In this document: one piece after another, positions 1 through 9,384 of the stretch
Layout: every line of letters begins with the position of its first letter
Numbering within the stretch: the stretch's first letter is position 1
Assembly: GCA_902797095.1 (NCBI GenBank)
Contig: CADBRP010000222.1
Span: forward strand, 1 to 33,878
Length of the DNA stretch: 33,878 bases
Source of the DNA: an uncultured Eubacteriales bacterium
Lineage (GTDB): Bacteria > Bacillota > Clostridia > Peptostreptococcales > Anaerovoracaceae
Direction: 5' to 3'
Notes under the pieces: model-generated
The model's database searches: none
What the model saw: only the letters and a program-made list of their open reading frames with translations
What the model was told of the DNA's origin: nothing
Program-made: the position numbers and the translations under genes

Positions 1-76
1 CAATTCTTTTTACGGGGGGTCTTATCGCGGCCGGCTCTTTTTCTTTTTCTGGCGCTGTTTCCGCGGCAGCCCCGGC

Positions 77-1057
77 TTAACGTTTTTTATTCCCGTCAAG
101 ATCGTCCTGCAGGGATTTTCCGCTGTTCGCCTCCTCAGCCGGCGCGAGGGTCATTCCCACAACTCCTGCCAGGATCAAAGCTCCGCACAGGTAATGATAC
201 CAGCAGAGCGGTTCCCCCAGTATCAGCGCGCCCGCGATGATCGAGATCAGCGTGGAAGCGCTGTTGAAAACAGTAGACTGTATGATCTGCATGTGCGCGA
301 GCATGAAGGCCATGAACTGCGCGGAAAGCAGAATGCAGAAAATCCCCAGAAATGAGACCCATATTACGAATTCCGGATGGGTAAGCGGCTCGAACAGACC
401 CGCGAAATCATTCCGGATCAGCGCCCTGATGACGGCCGAGCCGAAGAAGATCACAAACCCGCCCACGGCAATGCATGTGGTGATCTCGATCGGAGCGAAT
501 ACTCCCCGCACATACCGCGCGGACACATTCTGACATGCCATGAAGATACTGCTGACCGTCATGATGACCAGACCTGTCACGTTGAGATGTATATCCGCCG
601 CGTTCAGAATGATCAGAACCAGCAGCGCCGAAACCGTGAGGACAACAAAGAAATTCTGAAGCCTTGTGGAACGTTCCCCCAGGGTAATGCGGCCGATGAT
701 CTTCGCGAAGATCGGCACCATCGCGTATACGATGGCCCCCTCTATCGATGTGGCGAAATACATGGCGAAAATCTGCAGAATCATAAACAGAATATAAAAA
801 GCCGCCGGCTGATAGAGTTTCCCCTTCGGACGGCCCGGTCTCGCGGGCGGATAGTTTCCCAGTGCCTTGCTGACGCACGAAAAAATCACTACGCCGATCA
901 GGGCAGCCGCGTAGCGGTACGCGAGAAGCGTCAGAGTATCGCCGTATGGCACACATTTTTTTATTCCGAAAAACGAGAATCCGATGGACAGTGTAAACGC
1001 TGCCGCGGCAAGATACAGACTCGCTTTTCCTGCCTTTTTATCCGTTTCTCCGCTCAT
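77..1057 (-). CDS. DMT/EamA family transporter
   Basis: 326 aa, about 10 hydrophobic segments in two repeats, ending LGER and LGEPL...GALILAGV as typical of EamA; ATGA overlap with mntP stop. Confidence 0.85.
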   Translation of the reverse strand: MSGETDKKAGKASLYLAAAAFTLSIGFSFFGIKKCVPYGDTLTLLAYRYAAALIGVVIFSCVSKALGNYPPARPGRPKGKLYQPAAFYILFMILQIFAMYFATSIEGAIVYAMVPIFAKIIGRITLGERSTRLQNFFVVLTVSALLVLIILNAADIHLNVTGLVIMTVSSIFMACQNVSARYVRGVFAPIEITTCIAVGGFVIFFGSAVIRALIRNDFAGLFEPLTHPEFVIWVSFLGIFCILLSAQFMAFMLAHMQIIQSTVFNSASTLISIIAGALILGEPLCWYHYLCGALILAGVVGMTLAPAEEANSGKSLQDDLDGNKKR

Positions 1058-1644
1058 AACAGAACTCCCCGTACGAAAATCTCAATTCCGATGAAAATCA
1101 GGATGCATCCTCCAAGGATCCCGGCCTTCCCTGTCAGCCTCTCCCCGAGGTTTCTTCCCGCGGCAAGCCCTCCTGTGCAGATAACGAAGGTCACCGCCGC
1201 AATGATCAGCGCGCAGAAGAACGCGGACGCCGCGCTGTAGGAAACGATGGCGAACCCCACCGACAGCGCGTCAATGGAAGTCGCGACGCCCTGCAGCAAA
1301 AGCACACCTGCCGTCAGCGTCACTTTCTGATCCGGAGCCGCTTCTTCACCCTGCGGCTTTCGGATCGTTTCCAGAATCATTTTTCCGCCGATCCAGCAGA
1401 GAAGCGCCAGAGCGATCCATGGCACCAGCTTTTCGAACGCGTGAAAAGCCTGCACCAGCATGTGCACGCACACCCATCCGATCACCGGCATGATGAACTG
1501 GAAAAAGGCGTAGGTGCCGGCGATGACCGACATCTTCCGCCTGCTCATATGCGGCTCGGCAAGTCCGTTGGCGATGGAAACCGAAAACGCGTCCATCGCC
1601 AGCCCGATTCCAAGCAGAATGCTGTTCAGAATAAAAGCCGTCAT
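1054..1644 (-). CDS. mntP: Manganese efflux pump MntP family
   Basis: Signature LAMDAFSVS and ATSIDALSVG repeats, FQFIMP, C-terminal GGCILIFIG. Confidence 0.93.
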   Translation of the reverse strand: MTAFILNSILLGIGLAMDAFSVSIANGLAEPHMSRRKMSVIAGTYAFFQFIMPVIGWVCVHMLVQAFHAFEKLVPWIALALLCWIGGKMILETIRKPQGEEAAPDQKVTLTAGVLLLQGVATSIDALSVGFAIVSYSAASAFFCALIIAAVTFVICTGGLAAGRNLGERLTGKAGILGGCILIFIGIEIFVRGVLL

Positions 1645-2228
1645 CTCCGCTCCGCCTCCGGCGGTTCCTGCAGATACTTTTCCACCCGGTACATGGGAAA
1701 GCCTATTACATTATCCATGTCGCCTTCGATATGGTCCACATGCTGTCCGAATGTCTCCTGAATGGCGTAACCTCCCGCCTTGTCATATGGCTCGCGGGTC
1801 TGCACGTACTCCCTCAGCCACTCATCGCTGTAGTATCCGAAGAAGACATCCGTCGTATCATAAAGGCAGCGCACGCGTGGACGTTCGCCGCTGTTGTCCG
1901 CGATGCATACTCCGGTGATCACCTGATGCCTGTCCTCACGCATTCCGGAAAGAATCCGGAATGCTTCTTCAGGAGATTCAGGTTTCGTTATGATCCTTCC
2001 CTGATATACCACCACCGTATCCGCGGAAATGATCAGGCCTTTTCTCTTTTGCATCACATCGCGCGCTTTGATAAGGGCAAGGTACATCACTGTGGTTTCC
2101 GGATTCATTTCAAAGGGTACGCTCTCCCTGACACGGGGAGAAACGCTCTCCGCTTCATATCCCCTTTCACGGAACATCCTGATGCGTCTTGGCGACGCGC
2201 TTGCCAGTATGATATCCTGACGCTTCAT
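1641..2228 (-). CDS. maf: Maf family nucleoside triphosphate pyrophosphatase
   Basis: ILASASPRR, SADTVV, KP, DKAGGYAIQ, NVIGFP motifs; AGGAG RBS upstream. Confidence 0.93.
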   Translation of the reverse strand: MKRQDIILASASPRRIRMFRERGYEAESVSPRVRESVPFEMNPETTVMYLALIKARDVMQKRKGLIISADTVVVYQGRIITKPESPEEAFRILSGMREDRHQVITGVCIADNSGERPRVRCLYDTTDVFFGYYSDEWLREYVQTREPYDKAGGYAIQETFGQHVDHIEGDMDNVIGFPMYRVEKYLQEPPEAERR

Positions 2229-2255
2229 GCGGCTCCTCCTGTTGTCTCCGCCTGA

Positions 2256-2996
2256 CTACAGAGCGGCTACCGCTTCTGCCAGCACCTGACCGATCGGCTC
2301 ATGTATCACCAGATCCGCCCGTCCGTCAGCGGATGTGCTGCTCTTGTTGATCAGGACCAGATGCTTCCCGCGGAAATAATTGATGAATCCCGCCGCAGGA
2401 TAGACCACCAGGGATGTTCCCCCGATGATCAGCGTGTCCGCTTTTCCGATGGCTTCGACCGCGCCTCTGATCTGCTCGTCATCGAGAGCCTCTTCGTAGA
2501 GAACCACATCAGGCTTTACCGTCCCGCCGCAGCGGCTGCATTTCGGCACATGCCCGTGGCAGTTCTCAGGATCCATCACGTAGTCCAGATCGTAGGAAGC
2601 GCTGCATTCCATGCAGTAATTGCGCAGCACGGATCCATGGAGCTCATAGACCGTCCGGCTGCCCGCCTTCTGGTGCAGCCCGTCGATGTTCTGCGTCACC
2701 ACGGCCTTCAGCTTTCCCATCTCCTCCAGCTTTGCCAGCGCCAGATGCGCGGGATTCGGCAGCGCCTCGGGATACACCATATTGTTTTTATAGTAATCAA
2801 AGAACATCTCCGTGTCCCGCATGAAAAAGCTGTGGGAGATCATCTGCTCCGGAGACATCCCGTAAGTCTGCTTCGCGTGATACAGACCCTTCTCCGAACG
2901 AAAATCCGGAATATCGCTTTCAGTAGAGACGCCCGCGCCTCCGAAAAATACGATGTTTTCACTTTCTCTCAGTATTTCAGTAAGTTCCTCGTACAT
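2256..2996 (-). CDS. cobB: NAD-dependent protein deacylase (Sir2/CobB family)
   Basis: GAGVS..S.IPDFRS, TQNIDGLH, HGS, CxxC...CxxC, KPDVVLYEE, GTSLVVYPAAG. Start reassigned to ATG at 2996 (MYEEL..., TAATG overlap with MFS stop); the ORF-track extension to 3320 lies inside the MFS gene. Confidence 0.93.
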   Translation of the reverse strand: MYEELTEILRESENIVFFGGAGVSTESDIPDFRSEKGLYHAKQTYGMSPEQMISHSFFMRDTEMFFDYYKNNMVYPEALPNPAHLALAKLEEMGKLKAVVTQNIDGLHQKAGSRTVYELHGSVLRNYCMECSASYDLDYVMDPENCHGHVPKCSRCGGTVKPDVVLYEEALDDEQIRGAVEAIGKADTLIIGGTSLVVYPAAGFINYFRGKHLVLINKSSTSADGRADLVIHEPIGQVLAEAVAAL

Positions 2997-4321
2997 TATT
3001 CCTGTTTCTCCTTTCCGCTCTTTTTTCTGATCCGCCCGGCAACAGCAATGACCAGCACCGCGCCCGCCGCTGTCGCGAGAGTCGCGGTGAAGGTCAGAAC
3101 CTTCGGGCTGCTGATATCCAGTATCCATCCGCCGGCGATGCTCGAAAAGATCGTCGTTACCGTGATCATCGTGGTGAACAGCGCCTGTCCGCGCACCGCT
3201 TCTCCTCTGCTCATATTCTCTCCCGTAAAGTATACCATTCCGGGAAGGAAAAGGGCAAAAGAAACCAGCTGGAACAGCTGCGCAAAAAACAGCATCGGAA
3301 CAGAGTCCGCCAGCCAGCATAGCGCTATCTTCACCGTGAATCCGACTGAAGCCGCCTTCAGAAGTGTTTCGCAGGAAAACTTCTGCTTGAGCCGGCTGAA
3401 GAAAACCATGGTCGGGATCTCAAGAAAAGCCATCAGGCCAAGAATCCGCCCCATGTCCTCGCTTGTCCCGCCGACACCTTCCACGATCTGAATCATGAAA
3501 GTGTTTAGAATGGAATTGCTGAAAAAGAGTCCGATGACTCCGATGTTCAGAACAAAGAACAGGCGGTTCCTGCGGACAAAATCCAGCATGGATATCTTCT
3601 CTTCGCCGCTGTCCTCGCCGGCGGCTTCCTTTTTGCCGGCCGGAGCGGCCTTCGCGTCCGAGGAGTTCTCTCCCGCTGCACTGTCTCCCGCGGAACTCTC
3701 TCCATCGTCGCTCTCTTTCAAGGCGCGTTCCCGCTCTCTTTCCCCTCGCTCCCGCATGGCCTGCCGGAAGGTCCTTCCCGTCATCAGCAGGCTGATCAGA
3801 AGCATCAGGGTGACTGTCTCGGCGGAGACCGGAAGAACCACGATCCCCAGCTGCTCGACCAGGGTGCCGAGAACCGCCACAAGAGCGGAATACGCAAGGG
3901 ACCCCACGCTTCGGGCAATGCCGAAGTTGACCGGGATCCCGCTTTCCTCGAGTTTGAATGTCAGGGAATTGAAAAGGGGCTGCAGAGATGTGTGCCATCC
4001 GATCAGAAGCACCATGACAACGCAGAGCGCTGCCCCGCCTCCCTTGAAGATGAACATGCCGATCGTGAATATCATCATCAGCACGGTCATCAGATCGGCG
4101 ATTCCCAGCGCCCCTGCCTTTGCGGAACGGTCCGCCAGATCAGCTATGACCGGCTGCAGTATCACGGCGAGGATGTTTCCTGCCGCCATCGTCAGCCCGA
4201 TCTGTGAATTGGAATAACCGTTCGCCAACAGAAAAACAGACGTGAAACTGCCGATCACGCTGTATATCATCCAATATGTGCCAAATATGCTCCCGTACCA
4301 GAAATTCAGTTTCCGTTTCAT
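2996..4321 (-). CDS. MFS transporter (LacY/MFS_1-like sugar or metabolite permease)
   Basis: 12-TM pattern, G.SNSQIG, IADLADR, FGIARSVGSLAY, EIP motifs; long charged central loop. Confidence 0.85.
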   Translation of the reverse strand: MKRKLNFWYGSIFGTYWMIYSVIGSFTSVFLLANGYSNSQIGLTMAAGNILAVILQPVIADLADRSAKAGALGIADLMTVLMMIFTIGMFIFKGGGAALCVVMVLLIGWHTSLQPLFNSLTFKLEESGIPVNFGIARSVGSLAYSALVAVLGTLVEQLGIVVLPVSAETVTLMLLISLLMTGRTFRQAMRERGERERERALKESDDGESSAGDSAAGENSSDAKAAPAGKKEAAGEDSGEEKISMLDFVRRNRLFFVLNIGVIGLFFSNSILNTFMIQIVEGVGGTSEDMGRILGLMAFLEIPTMVFFSRLKQKFSCETLLKAASVGFTVKIALCWLADSVPMLFFAQLFQLVSFALFLPGMVYFTGENMSRGEAVRGQALFTTMITVTTIFSSIAGGWILDISSPKVLTFTATLATAAGAVLVIAVAGRIRKKSGKEKQE

Positions 4322-4331
4322 TCTGCCCGCG

Positions 4332-5126
4332 CTAATCCTGGTCGATCCTCTTTCCTACAATAAAGAACCGGCCTTCTTTTGTCTGATAGGAACATGTGGA
4401 GAGGGTTACCAGCTGATCTCCGTATTCCGCGGTCTCTCCCGTATCATAGAGCGAAAGCGACTTCACACCCGCCACATATTCATTGAATTTTTCTTCCGAT
4501 GTGATTCCCGCGTACTGATAGAACTTGAAAGCGCTGGAATCCTCGGGATAAATTTTTGAGTAGCATGCGGCGATCACCCGGTAGGTTCCCTGCCCGCCTT
4601 TATAGATGGTGTCAAACCTGAATTCAGGATGCTCCTCGAAGAAATCCTTGCTGTCATATTCTACCAGATCGTGGAACATGATCCCGCTCTTCATGTGATG
4701 GCCGTAGACAAGCCAGTTGGAGGTCGGGATAAAAATATCGCTGGCAGCGTCCATAAAGGGCGTCCCGGATTCGGAATAATCCTTTCTGAAATCACGGTGC
4801 AGATAAAACTCAGGATCATCCCCTTCATCCTTTGTCTGCATGACAGGATAATTGATCCGGGTTCCCTTGATCTCCACCCATCCGATCAGATCGTTGTTCT
4901 CCTTGTACAGATCCGCGTATTTCCCGATGACGACTCCCTTTTCGGTCAGAAGGTCACGGGACTCGCCCTGCCTGTCCTGCAGCTCTGAAAACTGATTCTG
5001 AGCCCGCCAGGCTTTCAGGAAGTAATCCGCCAGATAATAGCCTGACCCGCAAAAAACGATCAGACAGATTATGAGCAGAATCAATGTTCCAAGTCCCATT
5101 CTGTTGGTTTTGCGTTTCCTGCTCAT
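4332..5126 (-). CDS. srtB: Class B sortase
   Basis: N-terminal membrane anchor, N.DLIGW..I.GT.INYPVMQ, YL..DF, YGHHM, catalytic TLSTC and downstream R (EGRF). Confidence 0.9.
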   Translation of the reverse strand: MSRKRKTNRMGLGTLILLIICLIVFCGSGYYLADYFLKAWRAQNQFSELQDRQGESRDLLTEKGVVIGKYADLYKENNDLIGWVEIKGTRINYPVMQTKDEGDDPEFYLHRDFRKDYSESGTPFMDAASDIFIPTSNWLVYGHHMKSGIMFHDLVEYDSKDFFEEHPEFRFDTIYKGGQGTYRVIAACYSKIYPEDSSAFKFYQYAGITSEEKFNEYVAGVKSLSLYDTGETAEYGDQLVTLSTCSYQTKEGRFFIVGKRIDQD

Positions 5127-5185
5127 ATCTGTCCGGTTCTCTTTCTCTTATTATTTTACTGTGTGTTTTGAAATGCTGCCGCAGG

Positions 5186-5611
5186 CTATTTCAGATCCTC
5201 TATGGTGCAGAGTCTCACGCCCGCGTTCTCCAGGATCCTCTCAGCGCGTACGGTGTCTCCGGTCTTCATCATGATAGCCGCTTCGCCCTTCGCTGACTGG
5301 ATCGTGGAATAGATGTACTTGACCGCGATGCCCGCGTCCGCCAGGATCTGGAGGACCGCGTTGATCGCGCCGGGTTTGTTGTCGATCGCAACCGCCACAA
5401 CATCGCTGATGCTGGCCATGAAGCCTTTGGCAGTAAGAGAAGCTACCGCCGCTTCCGGATCCTGCACAATGCATCTTAAGATACCGTACTCACCGGTCTC
5501 AGCAATGGTCGCCGCGTTGAGATCAATGGTGTTGTCTGCCAGGATCTGAGTCAGATCCGCCAGTCTTCCTGTTTCGTTTTCAACGAATACCGATACCTGT
5601 TTCACTGCCAT
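5186..5611 (-). CDS. Tandem ACT-domain (amino-acid-binding) protein
   Basis: KQVSVFVENETGRL...GILRCIV...DNKPG...YIY pattern; start reassigned to ATG at 5611 (TAATG overlap with paaK stop). Confidence 0.88.
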   Translation of the reverse strand: MAVKQVSVFVENETGRLADLTQILADNTIDLNAATIAETGEYGILRCIVQDPEAAVASLTAKGFMASISDVVAVAIDNKPGAINAVLQILADAGIAVKYIYSTIQSAKGEAAIMMKTGDTVRAERILENAGVRLCTIEDLK

Positions 5612-6912
5612 TACTCGTACTTCCTCCTGTCTTCCACTCTCACGGCTTTGCCTTCGCTCCTCGGGAGTGTTCCCGCATTGAGGAATCTGACCTTGCATCC
5701 GATCTGCAGGATATCCCTGAGGGCATGCTCCACGCGCTTCTTCATGTTCTCAACGAATTCAATATCATCGATAACAAGTCCCTCTGCGAATTCCACCATC
5801 AATTCAATGGTATCACTGTTATGCTTTCTGTCAACGAGAATCTTGTAATTCAGAGTCAGTTCTTCAAATTTCGCGATTACGGTCTCGACCTGGGACGGGA
5901 ATACATTGACGCCCTTTACGATGAGCATGTCGTCTGTTCTTCCGAAGACGCGGCTCATTCTGACCGTGGTTCTGCCGCAGGGGCATTTTCCCTCCATCAG
6001 GTAGCAGATATCTCTCGTTCTGTAGCGGATCATCGGCATGCCGCGCTTGCACAGTGTCGTGAACACAAGCTCGCCGGTCTCGCCCGCGGGAAGCGGCTTC
6101 AGCGTGTTCGGATCTACGATCTCAGGATAGAAGAGATCCTCCTGCACATGCATGCCGTTGTTCTCGATGCAGCTTGTGGCGGTGCCGGGGCCTGTGATCT
6201 CCGTCAGCCCGTAGATGTCGTGTGCACGGATCCCCAGTCCTTTTTCGATCTTGTTCCGCATGCTCTGCGTCCATGGCTCGGCCCCGAAGAGGCCGGCGCG
6301 CAGCGAAAGATCCTCCGGACGGATCCCGGCTTTCTCAACCGCTTCCGCGATCGTCAGCGCATAGGACGGAGTGCAGCAAAGCACATCGCTTTTCATATCC
6401 TGCATGAACATGATCTGCCGGGCAGTGTTTCCGGTGCTCATGGGAATTACAGTCGCCCCTATGGTCTCCGCTCCGGCATGGGCGCCGAGGCCGCCGGTGA
6501 AGAGTCCGTATCCGTAGGAGATATGCGCGACATCATTTTTTCCCATCCCGCACATGGTCAGACCTCTGGCCACAGCTTCTCCCCAGTCATCCATATCGCC
6601 CTGGGTATATCCCACGATCTTCGGTTTTCCGGTCGTACCGGAAGATGACTGGATCCGGACGATGTCCTCCATAGGTGCCGCAAACAGTCCGGTCGGGTAA
6701 TTCACCGCAATATCCTCTTTGGTGATAAAAGGCAGGAGCTGGATGTCCTCCAGCGTCTGGATGTCCTCCGGCTTTACGCCGGCTTTGTCCATTTTCGCAG
6801 CGTAATACGGCACATTCTCATATTCGTACTTCACTGTTGCCTGAAGCCGTTCCAGCTGCAGCGCCCGCATTGTCTCGCGGTCCGCGCATTCCATTTGTTT
6901 GTTCCAGATCAT
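5611..6912 (-). CDS. paaK: Phenylacetate/arylacetate-CoA ligase
   Basis: SSGTTGKP, YGYGLFTGGLG, FGAEPW, DIYGLTE, RYRTRD, GRTDDMLIVKGVNVFPSQ, GKAVRV; start at ATG 6912 (MIWNK) after AAGGAAG. Confidence 0.92.
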   Translation of the reverse strand: MIWNKQMECADRETMRALQLERLQATVKYEYENVPYYAAKMDKAGVKPEDIQTLEDIQLLPFITKEDIAVNYPTGLFAAPMEDIVRIQSSSGTTGKPKIVGYTQGDMDDWGEAVARGLTMCGMGKNDVAHISYGYGLFTGGLGAHAGAETIGATVIPMSTGNTARQIMFMQDMKSDVLCCTPSYALTIAEAVEKAGIRPEDLSLRAGLFGAEPWTQSMRNKIEKGLGIRAHDIYGLTEITGPGTATSCIENNGMHVQEDLFYPEIVDPNTLKPLPAGETGELVFTTLCKRGMPMIRYRTRDICYLMEGKCPCGRTTVRMSRVFGRTDDMLIVKGVNVFPSQVETVIAKFEELTLNYKILVDRKHNSDTIELMVEFAEGLVIDDIEFVENMKKRVEHALRDILQIGCKVRFLNAGTLPRSEGKAVRVEDRRKYE

Positions 6913-7006
6913 TAACTTACTTCTTCCTTTCGTCTGATTTGGAGATAACGACACAGTTCCGATCTTCTCCGGGGCAGCCTGCCGCCGGTACGCGCCGCGG
7001 CGCGCC

Positions 7007-7579
7007 CTAAGCCTGCTGTCCCTTTGTAAATGCGAATCTGTTCATCTCCACAAACTTTGGTTTTACATTCTCCCCAATGACCTTCATCCAGGATTCGTCA
7101 CTGAACGGAAGATCCTTGGAAGCTGCTCCAAGAAGTACTATATTAACGGCCTTGCTGCTTCCGCATTCTTCTGCGATCTTCATAGCATCGAAAGCCTTCA
7201 GAGATCCGGTGTTCTCCTGCAGGACCCTGTCAAGATCCGCAGGATTCTCCGCCTGTCCCATGATCACCGGCATGGGAAGGATCTGCTGGGTATTTACGTA
7301 CAGGGCTCCGTCCTTTTTCAGATACGGCAGCCAACGGTACGCCTCCAGCTTTTCAAAGGCAAGTATGATGTCCGCCTCCCCTTCCTCGATCAGGGGCGCG
7401 CCGACCTTGCCGTCGCTTATTTTCACATGGGTCACAACGCTTCCGCCCCTCTGGGACATCCCGTGGACCTCACTCAGTTTCACATCATATCCGTTTTCCA
7501 GCGCCAGGTTTCCCAGAAGAACGCTTGCCAGAAGAGTTCCCTGTCCGCCTACTCCGACGATCAGAATATTGGTATTCAT
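7007..7579 (-). CDS. iorB: Indolepyruvate:ferredoxin oxidoreductase beta subunit
   Basis: VGVGGQG, SEVHGMSQRGGSV, NIVLLG; directly after iorA. Confidence 0.92.
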   Translation of the reverse strand: MNTNILIVGVGGQGTLLASVLLGNLALENGYDVKLSEVHGMSQRGGSVVTHVKISDGKVGAPLIEEGEADIILAFEKLEAYRWLPYLKKDGALYVNTQQILPMPVIMGQAENPADLDRVLQENTGSLKAFDAMKIAEECGSSKAVNIVLLGAASKDLPFSDESWMKVIGENVKPKFVEMNRFAFTKGQQA

Positions 7580-9325
7580 TTATTTGCCCTCCCCTGCTTT
7601 TGCTGTACTCTCAATAGCGTCAAAAGGACAGACTCTCGCGCAGAGTCCGCAGCCGACGCAGCGGCCGGAAACGATAAACGGTCTTCCGTCCCTGATCTCA
7701 ATGGCGGGACAGCCGATTTTCATGCACATCCTGCAGTTCTTGCATCTGTCCGTGATCACATTCGGGATATCCGGCTGCTTCACGATCATCGCGCAGGGAC
7801 GCTTTGTTATGATAACGGAAAGCTCGTCTCTGGCGGTCTCTTCCTTCACGATCTTCTCAAGATCCTGCACTTCAAACGGATCTATCTCGACCACGTGCTT
7901 TACGCCGCACGCCTCGCAGAGGGTCTTCAGATCGATGGCCGGCGCCGGCTCGCCCTTGGCGTTTTTTCCGCTGGCAGGGTTCTGCTGATGGCCGGTCATG
8001 CCCGTGATGCGGTTGTCCAGAATGATGACCGTTCCCTTCGATCCGTTATAGCTCATGTTGATCAGTCCGGTGATTCCTGAATGAATGAATGTGGAATCTC
8101 CCAGGACCGCGACAGTGTTTTCCTTGCTTCCTGTCGCCTTTTCAAATCCGTGGGCCATACCGATCGACGCGCCCATGCATAGAGTGGAGTCCATCGCCTC
8201 AGTAGGCGGCAGAGCCGCGAGGGTATAGCAGCCGATGTCTCCCATTACTGTAGTCTTGAGCTTGCTCAGCACATAAAACAGTCCCTTGTGGGGGCATCCG
8301 GCGCAGAGAAGAGGAGGTCTTCCCGGAGCGTCCGATGTATCGATTCCTTCTTCCGGAACGTCTTCTCCGAACGCCTCGCGGATCATCCTCGCGCTGTACT
8401 CACCCTGGATTGTGAACATGTCTTTTCCGCCCTTGACCGGAACTCCCCAGGCGCGGATCTGTTCCTCGATGAAAGGCTGTCCCTCCTCGATAACATACAG
8501 TTTATCGACCTGAGAAGCGAAATCCAGAATGAGCTTCTTCGGCAGCGGGTTCACGATGCCCAGCTTGAGAAAGCTGACGTCGGGAAGCGCGTCTTTGGCA
8601 TATTCATAGCAGATTCCGCTGGCGATGATGCCGATGGAGGTGTCCCCTCCCATCTGAACATCGTTGATATCCCATTCGCAGGAATCCTCAGCGATCCTCG
8701 CGAGCCGCTCCTCCTGAGCCACATGCAGCTTTCTGGCCATTGCGGGCATCGCCACATATTTGCGGAAATTCTTTTCGTAGGGTATGATCTCCCGCTCTGT
8801 TCTCTCTCCCAGCTCCACGATTCCTCTGGAGTGGGATACTCTCGTATTGGAACGAATCAGAACAAGAGTGTCGTATTTCTCACTGATGTCATACGCCAGT
8901 TTTATAAAGTCTTTGCACTCCTGCGAATCCGCGGGCTCCAGCACCGGAACTCCCGCGCTGCGGCCGTGGAATCTGGAATCCTGCTCGTTCTGGGATGAAT
9001 GGCATCCGTTGTCGTCCGCGACCAGAACCACCATTCCGCCGTTGACTCCGGTATAAGCCGCGGTATAAAACGAATCGGAAGCCACATTAAGACCCACATG
9101 CTTCATGCAGGAGAGGGATCTGACGCCGCCCAGGGAAGCTCCCATGGCGACCTCAACGCCGACCTTCTCATTCGGAGCCCACTCCACATGGATCTCGTCA
9201 TATTTCGCGGCATTCTCAGTCACCTCGGTGCTCGGAGTGCCCGGATAGGATGATACCACCCGAACGCCGGCTTCCCAGGCGCCTCTGGCGAATGCTTCAT
9301 TTCCCAGCATAATTCGTTTGCTCAT
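7580..9325 (-). CDS. iorA: Indolepyruvate:ferredoxin oxidoreductase alpha subunit
   Basis: LGNEA, YPGTPSTE, NEKV, MKHVGLNVA, SSQNEQD, CAGCPH, GDIGCY, GDSTF.HSG, MTGHQ, two C-terminal CxxCxxCxxxCP-type Fe-S motifs; start reassigned to ATG 9325 (MSKRIM). Confidence 0.93.
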   Translation of the reverse strand: MSKRIMLGNEAFARGAWEAGVRVVSSYPGTPSTEVTENAAKYDEIHVEWAPNEKVGVEVAMGASLGGVRSLSCMKHVGLNVASDSFYTAAYTGVNGGMVVLVADDNGCHSSQNEQDSRFHGRSAGVPVLEPADSQECKDFIKLAYDISEKYDTLVLIRSNTRVSHSRGIVELGERTEREIIPYEKNFRKYVAMPAMARKLHVAQEERLARIAEDSCEWDINDVQMGGDTSIGIIASGICYEYAKDALPDVSFLKLGIVNPLPKKLILDFASQVDKLYVIEEGQPFIEEQIRAWGVPVKGGKDMFTIQGEYSARMIREAFGEDVPEEGIDTSDAPGRPPLLCAGCPHKGLFYVLSKLKTTVMGDIGCYTLAALPPTEAMDSTLCMGASIGMAHGFEKATGSKENTVAVLGDSTFIHSGITGLINMSYNGSKGTVIILDNRITGMTGHQQNPASGKNAKGEPAPAIDLKTLCEACGVKHVVEIDPFEVQDLEKIVKEETARDELSVIITKRPCAMIVKQPDIPNVITDRCKNCRMCMKIGCPAIEIRDGRPFIVSGRCVGCGLCARVCPFDAIESTAKAGEGK

Positions 9326-9384
9326 TGTTACTGTCTGCCTTTCGTTATGGATACTGATACTTTTATTACACGCCTTCTCAGGTC

